64,000 bases of DNA from Nitrospirota bacterium (GTDB taxonomy: Bacteria > Nitrospirota > UBA9217), in NCBI GenBank assembly GCA_963818475.1, contig CAWFSF010000002.1, positions 576,001 through 640,000 on the forward strand. Direction: 5' to 3'. Shown piece by piece: positions 62,856-64,000 of the stretch. The notes beneath the pieces were generated by a model. The model searched no databases, was not told the DNA's origin, and saw only the letters and a program-made list of their open reading frames with translations. The position numbers were made by a program, and so were the translations under genes. Every line of letters starts with the position of its first letter. Within the stretch, counting starts at the first letter, position 1.

Positions 62856-63149
62856 TTATGCTGATTTGAGATGGCGCTCCTTCTCCTCGGTGTAAGCGGC
62901 CTTGCCCGCCTCAATGGCGTCGGTGAGGGCTGTCGTGCTCTCCTTGTACAACTCCTTGCCTCTTTGAACGGTAGAAGCGATCTTCTCCTTCGTCTTCTCG
63001 GCAAGGTCCTTTATGTCCTCCCGTGTTTCTCTTCCCGATTTAGGCGCCAACAGGAGCGCAATACCTGCTCCCACGAGGCTGCCAACCAGGAAGGGGATTA
63101 CCACAGAGCTTCCTTTTCTTCCAACTTCCATTTCTTCTTTCATTTTCAT
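62856..63149 (-). CDS. YtxH domain protein
   Basis: FLVG..VGA..ALLLAPKSG.ETR. Confidence 0.92.
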   Translation of the reverse strand: MKMKEEMEVGRKGSSVVIPFLVGSLVGAGIALLLAPKSGRETREDIKDLAEKTKEKIASTVQRGKELYKESTTALTDAIEAGKAAYTEEKERHLKSA

Positions 63150-63541
63150 TTCTCCTTTCCTTCTTTTTTGAGATCCTTTACCAGGGTTGCTACTCCGGTT
63201 CTTATACCTGCCTTGAGGCTCGCAAAGTCTGCCCTTGCTTCAGCGCCGGCCGTGTCTCTTATGAAGCCGTACAATGTCTTCACCTCCTTCTGGAGATTGG
63301 CGACCGACGAGGTAATCCCCCGCACGTCTTCGGTCACGACCGTGACATTATCGCTGATCTTTTTGAAGTTCTCGAGCGTTACCCTGAGCTCAGCCAGCAT
63401 TGCCAGCAGGTCCCCTGACGAGAGCGTGATGAACTGCCGGACAGCAGCTACCGTGCGATAGTTGCTCACCTGGTAGGCGATCGAGACTACGGCGTAGATG
63501 ATGAAAACAACCACTCCGGCGTTTAAAAGCACGTTATTCAT
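63146..63541 (-). CDS. DUF948-like membrane-anchored coiled-coil protein
   Basis: Single TM plus coiled coil, overlapping the ytxH-like start. Confidence 0.6.
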   Translation of the reverse strand: MNNVLLNAGVVVFIIYAVVSIAYQVSNYRTVAAVRQFITLSSGDLLAMLAELRVTLENFKKISDNVTVVTEDVRGITSSVANLQKEVKTLYGFIRDTAGAEARADFASLKAGIRTGVATLVKDLKKEGKEK

Positions 63542-63681
63542 GATCACCTCTGGTTCTCGAAATTGCGCGCCGATACCGCCGGCGGACCTCCTGCCAGCAG
63601 GTGTTTTTCTGATAAACACGAACGAAGGCCATGCTTCAACGAGATCGTCCGGAGCTGCCCCTTTAGTCTCTCAGGACCACG

Positions 63682-63978
63682 CTATCCCGTTTTTTTGAAC
63701 TTGTTCTTTGCTTCCGTAAAAGCATGCTTGAACTCGTCCCAGGCTGCATCCACGCCTGCTGTCATGGATTCCCAGGCCTCATTGCCCGCGCCTTTCAGTT
63801 CATGGAGCTTTTTGTTGACGGCTTCCCGCTTGGTCTTCATGTCGAGGATCCGGTTCTCATAGGTGACCCTGGCGTCTGCCTTGGCAGCGCGCGCCTTGAA
63901 CTCCAGTTCGTCGATCTTTCTCGACCACTCCTTAAGCTGGGCAGTCATCTTGTCAATATACTCTTCTCTGTTTTTCAT
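63682..63978 (-). CDS. Small coiled-coil stress-type protein
   Basis: Y..K..AQL.EW...ID.L..KA ... AW.....G...AW. Confidence 0.7.
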   Translation of the reverse strand: MKNREEYIDKMTAQLKEWSRKIDELEFKARAAKADARVTYENRILDMKTKREAVNKKLHELKGAGNEAWESMTAGVDAAWDEFKHAFTEAKNKFKKTG

Positions 63979-64000
63979 GACCGGTGCCTCCCTCCTTCGA

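Overview
Bacterial chromosomal window of moderately high GC. Gene content and repeat families suggest an anaerobic or microaerobic diderm such as Nitrospirota or Desulfobacterota (inference). No rRNA, tRNA, CRISPR array, transposase or integrase was seen. The first ~17.5 kb is a gene-accretion hotspot upstream of an Lhr helicase gene that is itself interrupted by a palindromic REP-like insert. The hotspot holds (i) two integrase-less, minus-strand integron cassette arrays (8 attC-like sites, one half-site and two attI-like heads) and (ii) a second modular layer in which blocks of unrelated genes are delimited by dispersed copies of a 104-bp non-palindromic upstream element or by a duplicated lhr promoter. 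The rest of the window carries metabolic and signalling genes: MPG, polX, PAS-GAF-GGDEF-EAL, USP, a fused CoA-dehydratase activase, ftsH, a fur-feo iron operon with a perfect Fur box, Crp/Fnr, cytochromes c and a cheW-cytochrome-PstS-like-MCP cluster. It also encodes a 1501-aa exported protein with nine mosaic 309-bp repeats. Many frameshifts in otherwise intact genes point to long-read indel errors, so pseudogene calls are tentative.
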